From a virus (taxonomy: Duplodnaviria; Caudoviricetes): a DNA stretch of 39,560 nucleotides. Under the pieces are notes generated by a model. The model did no database searches, was not told where the DNA came from, and saw only the letters and a program-made list of their open reading frames with translations. The stretch spans positions 1 through 39,560 of IMG/VR virus record IMGVR_UViG_3300017780_007785; one strand, given 5' to 3'. The translations under genes and the position numbers were made by a program. This document shows, one piece after another, positions 18,186 to 26,603 of this stretch (position 1 is the first letter of the stretch; each line of letters opens with the position of its first letter).

Positions 18186-19139
18186 TTAGTTCTTATATTT
18201 TTCTAACCTTGAGTTATTAAGTAGGTGTTTATATCTTGGCAAATTCTCTACAATCTCTTGGTAAAACATTTTACAGTCACTAATCCTAACCTCTTCATTT
18301 AGATTATACAATACTTTTCTGGTCCACACATGCCACCAATTTAAATTATCTTTAGTTTTGTCGTGGTCTATTTGGTAATAATACCCACAGGCCAATCCAA
18401 CATTAGGGTCATACCCTTCATGGTCTGCCAAGAATACTTTATCTGTTAAAGTTTGTACTTTCGCATTGAATCTTCGTAAAACCTGTCCAAATAACCCTTG
18501 GTCTGTAACCAACCAAAACCATTCAGGGATTTCATCTTTAGTATCAACGGCTTCTATATGGTCTTTAAGATATTCTTTTTGAACCTGGCGATTATTGATG
18601 TATAAAAACGAAGTGTTTGGTATCATCATCTTATATGAATAGTCTGAAGGTGGTGACCAATGTTTTATTTGTGAATATTGTTCCTCAGTAGGATAGTAAT
18701 ACCCTCGTGGTATTTCCCAATATGGTATTGTTACATCAGATTGAAACACCCATTCAGGTAATTTTTCACGAATGATAAAATCTAAATCCATAAAACAAAA
18801 TGGTCCCTGTTCCATCCCAATACAATAGGATTTACCTGAAGTCCAAAACTGTGCAGCGTCGACCTCATTATAATTTTCCAACGTGTTCGTATCTATTTCA
18901 TCCCAAAGGTCTACCATGTTATTTTTAACATAATATTTTAATCCATCTCTGTCTGTAAATAATTTTGTTTTTCCGTTAAACTCTCTCCAATACCCGACAG
19001 ATAGTATTGTAAATAGTAACTCTTCATCAGTAGTAATGTACTCTTCAGATTTTTGTTCTCTTTGCATTTTAAATGCGTGACCTCTTAATCTAGCTCGCTC
19101 TTGGTACGGTTTCGTCCAATTAACAAAAACACCCTTCAT
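18186..19139 (-). CDS. DUF6734-like putative DxD nucleotide-sugar transferase
   Basis: FWTSGK, FMDLDF, NTSFL, DQ; paralogous to next gene. Confidence 0.55.
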   Translation of the reverse strand: MKGVFVNWTKPYQERARLRGHAFKMQREQKSEEYITTDEELLFTILSVGYWREFNGKTKLFTDRDGLKYYVKNNMVDLWDEIDTNTLENYNEVDAAQFWTSGKSYCIGMEQGPFCFMDLDFIIREKLPEWVFQSDVTIPYWEIPRGYYYPTEEQYSQIKHWSPPSDYSYKMMIPNTSFLYINNRQVQKEYLKDHIEAVDTKDEIPEWFWLVTDQGLFGQVLRRFNAKVQTLTDKVFLADHEGYDPNVGLACGYYYQIDHDKTKDNLNWWHVWTRKVLYNLNEEVRISDCKMFYQEIVENLPRYKHLLNNSRLEKYKN

Positions 19140-20040
19140 TTATATCTCGTTTGGAAAGTTTATTAAAAACATTTAATTGTATTTCATCAATAATAACATT
19201 ATTGGTTTTACTAGTACATCGTTCAATTTCATTCATACAAAAATTATCTTTAATAATCATATGTGTTTTGTGGTGCCCATAATGGTAAAAGTGGTGTCCA
19301 CAATTTTCTAAGTTCAACCCGATAGATTTAACTAAATCATCGTTAGTATTAATTGGACAAAAATTGTCAATTAAAAGGTTACATTTTTGATTGTGTTCAT
19401 TTGAAAGTTGTCTTAACATATATTGTTCAACGAACATCATGAATTTACTATTCTCAACTTTACTTAAGTTATTAGGTAATATTTTATAGTTAGACCTCAT
19501 ATAACTAATAGCTAAGTCACAGTAAAGATTCTTAAAACTTTCATTTTTTAAGAAAAGAAATGAAGTATTGAAAGCATTATAATCCCACGGTAATCTCCAA
19601 TCTAAGTACGTATAAGACATCGCATATTGTGGAGTCATATAGAATTCATTTCTAATGTCCTCCATCCATAAACAACTTATGTCCGATTCGAATACATTAA
19701 ACTTTGTAATGTCATCGAATATCCTAAAATCTAAATCCAAAGTTAATGTTGGTCCTTCGATAGACCTTTGAGCAATTATCTTACCTGCAGCCCAATAAAC
19801 AGTTTTATTAATCCCACACTCTTCATCTAATAAAGTTTCATTAACCTCATCAAATAAAGATAAGAATCCAAATTGTTCGTAGTATTTTTTAGTGTATTGG
19901 TCGACAAAGAATATTGTCTTGAAGTTAGGGTAGTAATGTTTAATAAATAACAAACAAGACAGAGTACATAGTACTTCTGCCTTGGTTTGTTTGAACGTTC
20001 CGTCTTTATTAATGTCTTCAGCAACCCAAATTACAGTCAT
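19120..20040 (-). CDS. DUF6734-like putative DxD nucleotide-sugar transferase
   Basis: YWAAGKI, LDLDF, NTSFL, VEQ. Confidence 0.55.
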   Translation of the reverse strand: MTVIWVAEDINKDGTFKQTKAEVLCTLSCLLFIKHYYPNFKTIFFVDQYTKKYYEQFGFLSLFDEVNETLLDEECGINKTVYWAAGKIIAQRSIEGPTLTLDLDFRIFDDITKFNVFESDISCLWMEDIRNEFYMTPQYAMSYTYLDWRLPWDYNAFNTSFLFLKNESFKNLYCDLAISYMRSNYKILPNNLSKVENSKFMMFVEQYMLRQLSNEHNQKCNLLIDNFCPINTNDDLVKSIGLNLENCGHHFYHYGHHKTHMIIKDNFCMNEIERCTSKTNNVIIDEIQLNVFNKLSKRDINEGCFC

Positions 20041-20095
20041 GGGATAAAAATAATCAATACCCTAAGATAAATAAAGGGAGACAGTCTCACTTTAT

Positions 20096-20635
20096 TTATT
20101 CTAAAATTAGTTGACTTGGGTTTCTATCTCCACCGTCCGTAATTAGACGGTATGTTTTTATTTCACCTAAATCAGGGAAGCTAATCTGTTCTACTGTAAT
20201 ACCCCATTTGGAAACTTGTTCATTAACTTCTGGCATAACTATCAATCCTAAGTCAACCAATTCTTCCCACATAGTGTTTTCAACCATATCTCTAATAACA
20301 CCTTGAGTTGTATCAACAAGTACATCATTAGCATGCATTACCCCTAATAAAAACTTCTTAACATCGTGAATGTGATACCTAACAATACTGGTCAATACAA
20401 TCGACTTATCATCGAAAGATGTAACCGTTTGTGGTTTTAAGTTTACCGTTTGAGTAATGACAGGTGTAGTAATAATTTGGTCAAAGAATGGAATCTTGAA
20501 ATTTAATCCAGGTTTCACAATTCTTTTAAACTTACCAGTAGTTAAATGAACCCCTTCTTCCCATTGGTCTACAATTTTGAACGGAAGAATGTCATGAATA
20601 AAAGTTACAAAAAGGTCAATAAATTTGTCGAACAT
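20096..20635 (-). CDS. SPFH / band 7 domain protein
   Basis: PGLNFKIPFFD, QTVTSFDDKSI, WGITVEQI; start at 20635. Confidence 0.85.
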   Translation of the reverse strand: MFDKFIDLFVTFIHDILPFKIVDQWEEGVHLTTGKFKRIVKPGLNFKIPFFDQIITTPVITQTVNLKPQTVTSFDDKSIVLTSIVRYHIHDVKKFLLGVMHANDVLVDTTQGVIRDMVENTMWEELVDLGLIVMPEVNEQVSKWGITVEQISFPDLGEIKTYRLITDGGDRNPSQLILE

Positions 20636-20657
20636 ATATTTTGGGTTTGTTGAACAA

Positions 20658-20689
20658 CAAAGATAGGACTTTTTTGGGACTTGTCCAAA
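20658..20689 (-). promoter_or_regulatory. Bacteroidota sigma70-type promoter
   Basis: TTTG-N20-TATCTTTG. Confidence 0.85.
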
Positions 20690-20690
20690 T

Positions 20691-20720
20691 AAAAAACCCC
20701 GACGTAGAAACGTCAGGGTT
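20691..20720 (-). terminator. Rho-independent terminator ending the large ncRNA transcript
   Basis: AACCCTGACG-TTTCTA-CGTCGGGGTTTTTT on minus strand. Confidence 0.85.
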
Positions 20721-20721
20721 A

Positions 20722-21545
20722 GTTGGCATTCAGGTTGAGAATACACCTTTCAATGAGAGACTTTACAGGAGATTATTTATTTCCTCCGATTTCCACTTCC
20801 TTTTGAGAAGTACCTCTCAGTCACGGTCAATTAGATTAACCAATCCTAAAGTCGTAATATACTCTGTTTTTACTCATCACTCTTCGAGACTGCCGCCCCA
20901 ATTAATCCTTGCGAGACTAGAGAACTTTTAAAACAATCGTATTGGGTTTGGGACCCTTTACGGCCATGAACAACTCATGACTAAGTAGTGACCTGTCTAT
21001 CACGACTGACGAACACTTTTCCTTTGTTTCTTTTATGATTTGTTAGAATCCTTATTTTAACAATAGGGGTTGATAGTGGATGATAAATGTAGCGGTCCGT
21101 CAACCAGCCATCCCATCTTTTGAACGAGACGATACTGAACTACACTTTGAAGTCTCCCGACCTCCATATTTCAAGTCAACTGCTTAACTCCTACCTTGGT
21201 AGATGAAGAGTAAGGAGAACAACAGCACCACCTGTACGAACTCTTACCTTTCGGTTTTAAGCTAACTTTAATATTGAACTCCGCAATTGTATAGTTGGAT
21301 AACCATACTTCTCACAACAGTTCTACAGGTTACTCTTGTTGGTGTTCCCACCTCAACCAAACGACCCACATCGCTCGGTCATCAAATCACTTTCCCTATA
21401 GTGTTACCCTCGGTACTTAAGACTCAATGATGTCCTGCCTGTCTACTCGAGTTCCTTTTCGGAAACCGCAACTCACCCTAATCGAGAGTGAACCACTTTA
21501 TACCACTTTCATGGTTTATTTTATGGACTATAGACCGCCCAATTT
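20722..21545 (-). ncRNA. Large structured ncRNA, GOLLD-like (~820 nt)
   Basis: No credible ORF, raised GC, many GNRA-capped hairpins, long-range helices, AU-rich central linker, next to a tRNA, flanked by promoter and terminator. Confidence 0.7.
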
Positions 21546-21611
21546 CTTTATCTTTGTCTCAGAATCAACCCGAAGGTCTCATCATCAACATATTTTAAGA
21601 AAATATTTTAT

Positions 21612-21622
21612 ATTCAAAGAAC
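21612..21622 (-). promoter_or_regulatory. boxA-like element
   Basis: GTTCTTTGAAT downstream of leader hairpin. Confidence 0.45.
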
Positions 21623-21634
21623 GTATTCAAAATT

Positions 21635-21687
21635 AATGAAGGAGGAGCTGACCTTACCGAAGTAGGATTTCAACCCTCTCCTTCATT
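21635..21687 (-). other. Leader hairpin with UUCG tetraloop
   Basis: AATGAAGGAG...AC-TTCG-GT...CTCCTTCATT. Confidence 0.75.
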
Positions 21688-21694
21688 TGTTTCA

Positions 21695-21726
21695 CAAAGG
21701 TAGATGAAAGTTTTGAGACTATCAAA
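21695..21726 (-). promoter_or_regulatory. Bacteroidota sigma70-type promoter
   Basis: TTTG-N20-TACCTTTG. Confidence 0.8.
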
Positions 21727-21777
21727 TTTTTATGAAACTTTTTTTTGACTGATGATTTTAACGAATTCATTCTTCCT

Positions 21778-21925
21778 TGATAGTATCACCTAACTATCTT
21801 GTTGACCCCCTACTCTCAATAGGACGGGCTAATTCGTCTGTTTGTCAAAGAAACCATCAGTTTTACCTGAAAGTTTGTTTTGGGAGGAAACCTCGATTTT
21901 ACGAACCTATGGTCAACCTTTCCAA
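21778..21925 (-). ncRNA. Candidate small structured RNA
   Basis: GTTGACC/GGTCAAC closing helix (21801-21917) with internal hairpins, directly after a promoter. Confidence 0.4.
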
Positions 21926-21934
21926 ATTGTTTTA

Positions 21935-21966
21935 CAAAGATATGAAGAACTTTTCAATTAATCAAA
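21935..21966 (-). promoter_or_regulatory. Bacteroidota sigma70-type promoter
   Basis: TTTG-N20-TATCTTTG. Confidence 0.8.
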
Positions 21967-22007
21967 TAGTTTATAAAACTTTTTTTTGTGAAATTTAATT
22001 CACGTTG

Positions 22008-22079
22008 TTGCGGGAGATGGATTCGAACCACCGACCTAAAGGTTATGAGCCTTCCGAGCTACCACTGCTCTATCCCACG
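22008..22079 (-). tRNA. tRNA-Met(CAT), initiator type; CCA not encoded
   Basis: CGTGGGATAGAGCAGTGGTAGCTCGGAAGGCTCATAACCTTTAGGTCGGTGGTTCGAATCCATCTCCCGCAA; C1xA72 mismatch. Confidence 0.95.
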
Positions 22080-22092
22080 GTATATTTTTAAA

Positions 22093-22161
22093 TGATTACT
22101 TCCCACTTCCCCACGGTCACCTATCCACGTCATGCGCTGGTTGTACCAGCGGGTGTAATCA
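22093..22161 (-). ncRNA. Candidate 69-nt GC-rich structured RNA
   Basis: TGATTAC/GTAATCA closing stem plus CGCTGGT-ACA-ACCAGCG hairpin. Confidence 0.45.
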
Positions 22162-22170
22162 ATATTTTAA

Positions 22171-22181
22171 TGTTAAAGAAC
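22171..22181 (-). promoter_or_regulatory. boxA-like antitermination element
   Basis: GTTCTTTAACA vs rrn boxA consensus GCTCTTTAACA. Confidence 0.6.
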
Positions 22182-22188
22182 TTCTGAT

Positions 22189-22241
22189 AAAAAATCCCAC
22201 GAGATTAAGAAGTTTTCTCAAACTCCACACTCATGGGATTT
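22189..22241 (-). other. Leader hairpin with U-tract (terminator/attenuator-like)
   Basis: AAATCCCATGAG...CTCGTGGGATTTTTT. Confidence 0.7.
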
Positions 22242-22247
22242 GTTTCA

Positions 22248-22279
22248 CAAAGATAGGAAAGAATTCTCATTCTATCAAA
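22248..22279 (-). promoter_or_regulatory. Bacteroidota sigma70-type promoter
   Basis: TTTG-N20-TATCTTTG. Confidence 0.85.
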
Positions 22280-22359
22280 TCTTTTTTTATTGTGAGTTTT
22301 GGGGGTGTTGACCTTTCGGTCGAGTTATATAAATATATCCTTATTCCCCAAAGGTTTTA

Positions 22360-22390
22360 CAAAGATAAAAAATATTTTTAAAAAATCAAA
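22360..22390 (-). promoter_or_regulatory. Bacteroidota sigma70-type promoter
   Basis: TTTG-N19-TATCTTTG. Confidence 0.8.
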
Positions 22391-22492
22391 ACTTTCCCCA
22401 TTGAGATTTATGTTTATTTTCTTCCGAGATTTTAAATCCCAACCAAATCTCTTTCAATATTGATTTAATTTTTTTCATAGTATTTATTAAGT

Positions 22493-22846
22493 ATGAAGGT
22501 CAAAATTAATGAAAATATCTTTAATGTCAAAACTTTAATTGACAAAAAATCCCAATCAATAGGTATGATGGGTAAAACATTTGACGATGCGTTTAATGGT
22601 TTATTATTCTTAATGGAAGGTAATAAACAATGTTTTTGGATGAAAAACTGTATTATTCCTTTAGATATAATTATTATAAAGAACAATGTTATTGTAAATA
22701 TACATCACGATTGCCCTCCATGTAATGATGAATTTGATTGTCCTTCCTACTGTGGCAACGGTAATATTGTATTAGAAATTGAGGGCGGTTCTTGTGAAAT
22801 ACTTAATATCCAAGCTGGAGATAGTATTACTTACGACCTATCTTAA
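22493..22846 (+). CDS. DUF192 domain protein
   Basis: GMMG, GLLF, FWMKNCIIPLDII, VLEIEGG. Confidence 0.9.
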   Translation: MKVKINENIFNVKTLIDKKSQSIGMMGKTFDDAFNGLLFLMEGNKQCFWMKNCIIPLDIIIIKNNVIVNIHHDCPPCNDEFDCPSYCGNGNIVLEIEGGSCEILNIQAGDSITYDLS

Positions 22847-24255
22847 TCTTCAGAAGAATTCTTAGACTCCGCGATTTTTTCTTTTAATACTTTTTGGAAT
22901 TCGTTTGCAATCATTTTTGTAAACTTGACAGATGGTGAATCATCTTTTTCAGAATCATATCTATACTGTCCTTGTGGTGGCCTCTTTCCTCTACCTAAGT
23001 AGTTAAATCCTGATATGTTAGTAATACATTTGTGCCCACCCGAGTTGGATTGAATAAGGTCCCAAGCATTAATTCCAATTTTGTCCATCAATGAGATTTC
23101 TTCTTCAGATAAATCACTGAATGGTTTCTCCATCATTTCCTCAATTCTACCTAATATTTCTTCTCCCCCATCCATAAACATGAATTTACCACCGTAAAGA
23201 GCATCAAAATCTTTAAAAGTAAACCCAACACTTTCAGGTCCTGTACTTGTCTCACTAACCCACTTCATAGTTGATAGTGGTATCTTTCTCTCCTTTAATT
23301 GGTCTTTCCACTTACCGATTACCTCTTGAGCTATTTCCCCAAGATTAACACCTTTAAGTTCTCTTTCTTTCTTAAATGGATTACAAGAAGCTTGAACAAG
23401 TCCCATCGGCCACGCCATGATGAGAAAGTCTGCTTCAGGATTATTTCTGAATGGTGTATATCTGTCGTAAGACCCAGGTTTAAACATACTACCCCCACCA
23501 TATTGGAAGATAATGTTATCAGACACCGTTGGGTAGTCCTTCATTTTGTCGGCATAATCTTGTGCATTTTTTTGTAGGTCTTCAGGTTTTGCTGCGTTTG
23601 TTCTTGTCATCCAAGTTTTAATGTTATTAAGTATCGACATTAAAGATGGTTCAGAATCCATAACCAAAGACTCTAAGAATCCTGGTTTGTTTTTAAACGC
23701 TAAAAGTAATTTGTTGATTACTAACCCCAATAACATTTTGTTTCTTTGAAGTGAGGAATCTTTATCTATTCTGTAGATGTAGTTAACTACCTCTTGTGGT
23801 GTTATGTCATGTTTGGCATAATCCGCAGAGTCCACAGTATTGATTAGTAAAATATCTGACGATGGGAATAAATCAGTTGGTGACACGACTTGTGAAATTG
23901 TCTCAACGTTTGAACGGGCTCCTCTAAATTGTTTTGATGTTCCCTTCTCAACCCCAACTTGTTTGTCGTGGTGGTCAGTGTGAATTACAAACATTGGCTT
24001 ACCGTGAGCAAAGTCAACGAGGACTGGCATTATATCACCTTGAGCATCATTCTTTTTAACAGAGAACTCTTTGTCACCGTATTGAATGATATGTGCACCT
24101 ACAACATCAATACCATTATCTTCAAGGTATTTCTTCATTGCAATTGCCGTTGTTACACCGTCCAAATCTTGGTGGAAATAAATCTCCGCCTTTTGATATC
24201 TCTCCTTAAGAGCATTGATGTTTCTAAGTCCTGTTTCTGATAATATTCTTTTCAT
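22843..24255 (-). CDS. DHH-family phosphoesterase-like protein
   Basis: HQDLDG, VDF, DHH, SGGH motifs. Confidence 0.75.
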   Translation of the reverse strand: MKRILSETGLRNINALKERYQKAEIYFHQDLDGVTTAIAMKKYLEDNGIDVVGAHIIQYGDKEFSVKKNDAQGDIMPVLVDFAHGKPMFVIHTDHHDKQVGVEKGTSKQFRGARSNVETISQVVSPTDLFPSSDILLINTVDSADYAKHDITPQEVVNYIYRIDKDSSLQRNKMLLGLVINKLLLAFKNKPGFLESLVMDSEPSLMSILNNIKTWMTRTNAAKPEDLQKNAQDYADKMKDYPTVSDNIIFQYGGGSMFKPGSYDRYTPFRNNPEADFLIMAWPMGLVQASCNPFKKERELKGVNLGEIAQEVIGKWKDQLKERKIPLSTMKWVSETSTGPESVGFTFKDFDALYGGKFMFMDGGEEILGRIEEMMEKPFSDLSEEEISLMDKIGINAWDLIQSNSGGHKCITNISGFNYLGRGKRPPQGQYRYDSEKDDSPSVKFTKMIANEFQKVLKEKIAESKNSSED

Positions 24256-24258
24256 TAA

Positions 24259-24609
24259 TTAACTAAGTTTGTCACCAATCCAACTAATGATTTTATCAAA
24301 AATATCTTGGTCTAACCCTAATTTATGTAAGGCTTTATATGTGTCAGGTCCTGCAATTCCATCAGGATTTACTTTTTCAGCCTTTTGAAACATTTTAAGA
24401 CCTTCAACTGTTTTTGGTCCCCATAACGCATCTACAGGTACTTGATATAACTTACCGTTAACCATTACCTTTTTCATTTTAAAATAATCATTAAGAGCCG
24501 TTTGAAATTCAAACACATCCTGTCCACTCATTTGATTTTGTTCCTTAATAACTCTCTTAACAATATTAGTTAAATCAGACTCTGTTAGTCTTATAATTTT
24601 CTTTGCCAT
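24259..24609 (-). CDS. Peptidoglycan-binding (PG_binding_1) domain protein
   Basis: VDALWGPKT..LKMFQ..DGIAGPDTYKAL; N-terminal IIRLTESDL. Confidence 0.85.
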   Translation of the reverse strand: MAKKIIRLTESDLTNIVKRVIKEQNQMSGQDVFEFQTALNDYFKMKKVMVNGKLYQVPVDALWGPKTVEGLKMFQKAEKVNPDGIAGPDTYKALHKLGLDQDIFDKIISWIGDKLS

Positions 24610-24624
24610 TATATATTATTTAAT

Positions 24625-25695
24625 TTACATTCCAGGGATTGGATTCATTTGTCCTGTAAACAATCCTCTTAAAAATTTAGCTAATGGGTCAAGATTTGGT
24701 TCTGAACTTGTGGATGAAGACGTACTTTGTTGATTATTTGTTTGACCTTCAACTTTTTCTGAACCAAATTGGTCTTCAAAGTTTTGTTTAGCTTCAGGTG
24801 TTTGATTATATTCATCAACTTTTTTCATAAAATTTTCATCACCCATTTTTTTAGATAATTCTTCCGCACCTACCCAGTTACCTAAACCAACATAATCAAG
24901 GAATCCTAACCACCATTTTGTAGATTGCATTAAAATTCTTAATCTTCTTTGGGATGGACTTCTAAATAATCTTGGAATCCCCCCAAAAAATACATTTGTA
25001 AAGAATCCTGGTTTAGTAAGAGTGGCGGGATTAAATACTTTTTGAGTTTTAAGATAATTTTTTAGAAGTTCAACATCTTTGACAGCGGCAGTTCCTTTTT
25101 TGAAGTTTTTTGCAAGAACCCCAGCTCTTTTTTGGAACATAACACTTTTTTTACCAGCATTACTTAATAATTGGAAATAACTTTTTATTGTGTTTTTCAT
25201 TCCTTTGAAAGGTCCTGCAGGTATTTCATCAATTGTTTTAATAACTTTCTCGCCGAAAGACCCTCCCATTTTCTGAAGGAAAGTTCCTATTACACCTGGT
25301 TGTTTGGCTAACTGTTCTATAGTTTCAGTGGCTGCTCTATATTCTTTACTACCTACAGCAGCTCCTTTAGAAAGTTTTATTGCAGACTCTAAAGCCTTAA
25401 CAGATGGTCCTCCAACTTTTAGTGCCCCCAATACAGGTTTTGCCACAAAATCACCTGCATATGGTATTGCCCCAACAATTGATAAAACTCCAAAAAGAGT
25501 ATCTCCTTGAATAAAGTATGATGTTGCATTGACAATATCAACAATAGGGGTTGGGTCAATAATACCCAAAATATCCATTACAGTATTGTACCAAGCGGCT
25601 TCGTTAATTAGTTCACCATTCTCATCTGTATGTTCTGAAAGGGTGTTCACCTTAATTAAGGCAAGTTGACGTTCAGTAATTATAATTTCAGCCAT
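24625..25695 (-). CDS. Protein with pre-toxin TG-like hydrophobic domain, possible internal virion protein
   Basis: DILGIIDPTPIVDIVNA..GD..GVLSIVGAIPYAGD; N-terminal IIITERQL. Confidence 0.55.
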   Translation of the reverse strand: MAEIIITERQLALIKVNTLSEHTDENGELINEAAWYNTVMDILGIIDPTPIVDIVNATSYFIQGDTLFGVLSIVGAIPYAGDFVAKPVLGALKVGGPSVKALESAIKLSKGAAVGSKEYRAATETIEQLAKQPGVIGTFLQKMGGSFGEKVIKTIDEIPAGPFKGMKNTIKSYFQLLSNAGKKSVMFQKRAGVLAKNFKKGTAAVKDVELLKNYLKTQKVFNPATLTKPGFFTNVFFGGIPRLFRSPSQRRLRILMQSTKWWLGFLDYVGLGNWVGAEELSKKMGDENFMKKVDEYNQTPEAKQNFEDQFGSEKVEGQTNNQQSTSSSTSSEPNLDPLAKFLRGLFTGQMNPIPGM

Positions 25696-25728
25696 TTATA
25701 GTTTTCTTAATAAATATTCGTATAAACA

Positions 25729-25756
25729 AAAAAAAGGGTCGTATGACCCTTTTATT
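25729..25756 (-). terminator. Rho-independent terminator
   Basis: aaaagggtc-gtat-gaccctttt with A7 run. Confidence 0.75.
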
Positions 25757-26603
25757 ATAAATCTAATTCGATTTGTTTTTTCTTATCTATAAAGACTTGT
25801 ACTCTATCTTTAGCAACTTTCGAATAATTCTCACTTAATTCAATACCAATCCACCGTCTTCCACTAACCTCAGCAGCGACTAAACTTGTACCACTACCTA
25901 CGAAAGGGTCAAGTACCACGTCATTTCTATAGGTTAATATTTTAATGGCTTTCATTGGAATATCCATTGAGAATGTTGCCTTAGTCTGTTGTTTGGTATC
26001 GGCAAAGTATTCCCATTGACCATATACCAAGCTCATAAACTCTTTCTTGTCTTCATCTTGATACATCATTTTTTGTTTGATTGTACCATCCTCTTGTTCT
26101 AAATCAACCAACTCACCTTTCCATTGCGGTTCTCCCTTAACTTTTTTGATTCGGTCTTTCTTGTAGGCTAAAATGACACATTCCTTAGGGTTATATATGT
26201 AAGGACTACTTGGTGACATCCATGAACCCCATGCTGTGGTTTTACTTCTGTGTGGTGAGTTCTCGTCAAGGTCTACAAGTCCGTAGAATTGGAATCCAAC
26301 TTTTTTCATTATGGACCAAAACTCAGACATGAATAGAATTCTACCACCTCTGTCTTGAACGTTAACTTCATAAGGAATGTTAACAGCAATCCTACCATCA
26401 TCTTTTAATAGACGATATGTATTAGATAACCATTTTTCAGTAAACTCCCAATAGTCTTCCATCGTCATTCTATCGTCATGATTATCATAATCGATGCCTA
26501 CATTGTATGGCGGAGAAGTAACCACCAAGTCAACAGTAGACTCAGGGAGTTTTCCCATTTCAATAATACAGTCTCCTTGAATGATTCTATTTGTTTCTAA
26601 CAT
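25755..26603 (-). CDS. DNA methyltransferase, N4-C/N6-A, beta class
   Basis: TSPPY catalytic motif before DPFVGSGT SAM-binding motif. Confidence 0.93.
   Translation of the reverse strand: MLETNRIIQGDCIIEMGKLPESTVDLVVTSPPYNVGIDYDNHDDRMTMEDYWEFTEKWLSNTYRLLKDDGRIAVNIPYEVNVQDRGGRILFMSEFWSIMKKVGFQFYGLVDLDENSPHRSKTTAWGSWMSPSSPYIYNPKECVILAYKKDRIKKVKGEPQWKGELVDLEQEDGTIKQKMMYQDEDKKEFMSLVYGQWEYFADTKQQTKATFSMDIPMKAIKILTYRNDVVLDPFVGSGTSLVAAEVSGRRWIGIELSENYSKVAKDRVQVFIDKKKQIELDL

Noticed and set aside
20722-21545. Large RNA as rRNA, tmRNA, RNase P or group I/II intron
   Set aside because: No recognisable conserved cores, no interrupted host gene, and size does not fit tmRNA or RNase P
21549-21556. Plus-strand TATCTTTG
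   Set aside because: No TTTG at the -33 spacing and no plausible downstream gene
20641-21998. Short ORFs 20641-20931, 21427-21636 and 21777-21998
   Set aside because: Antisense to the promoter/terminator polarity, atypical composition, overlap structured RNA
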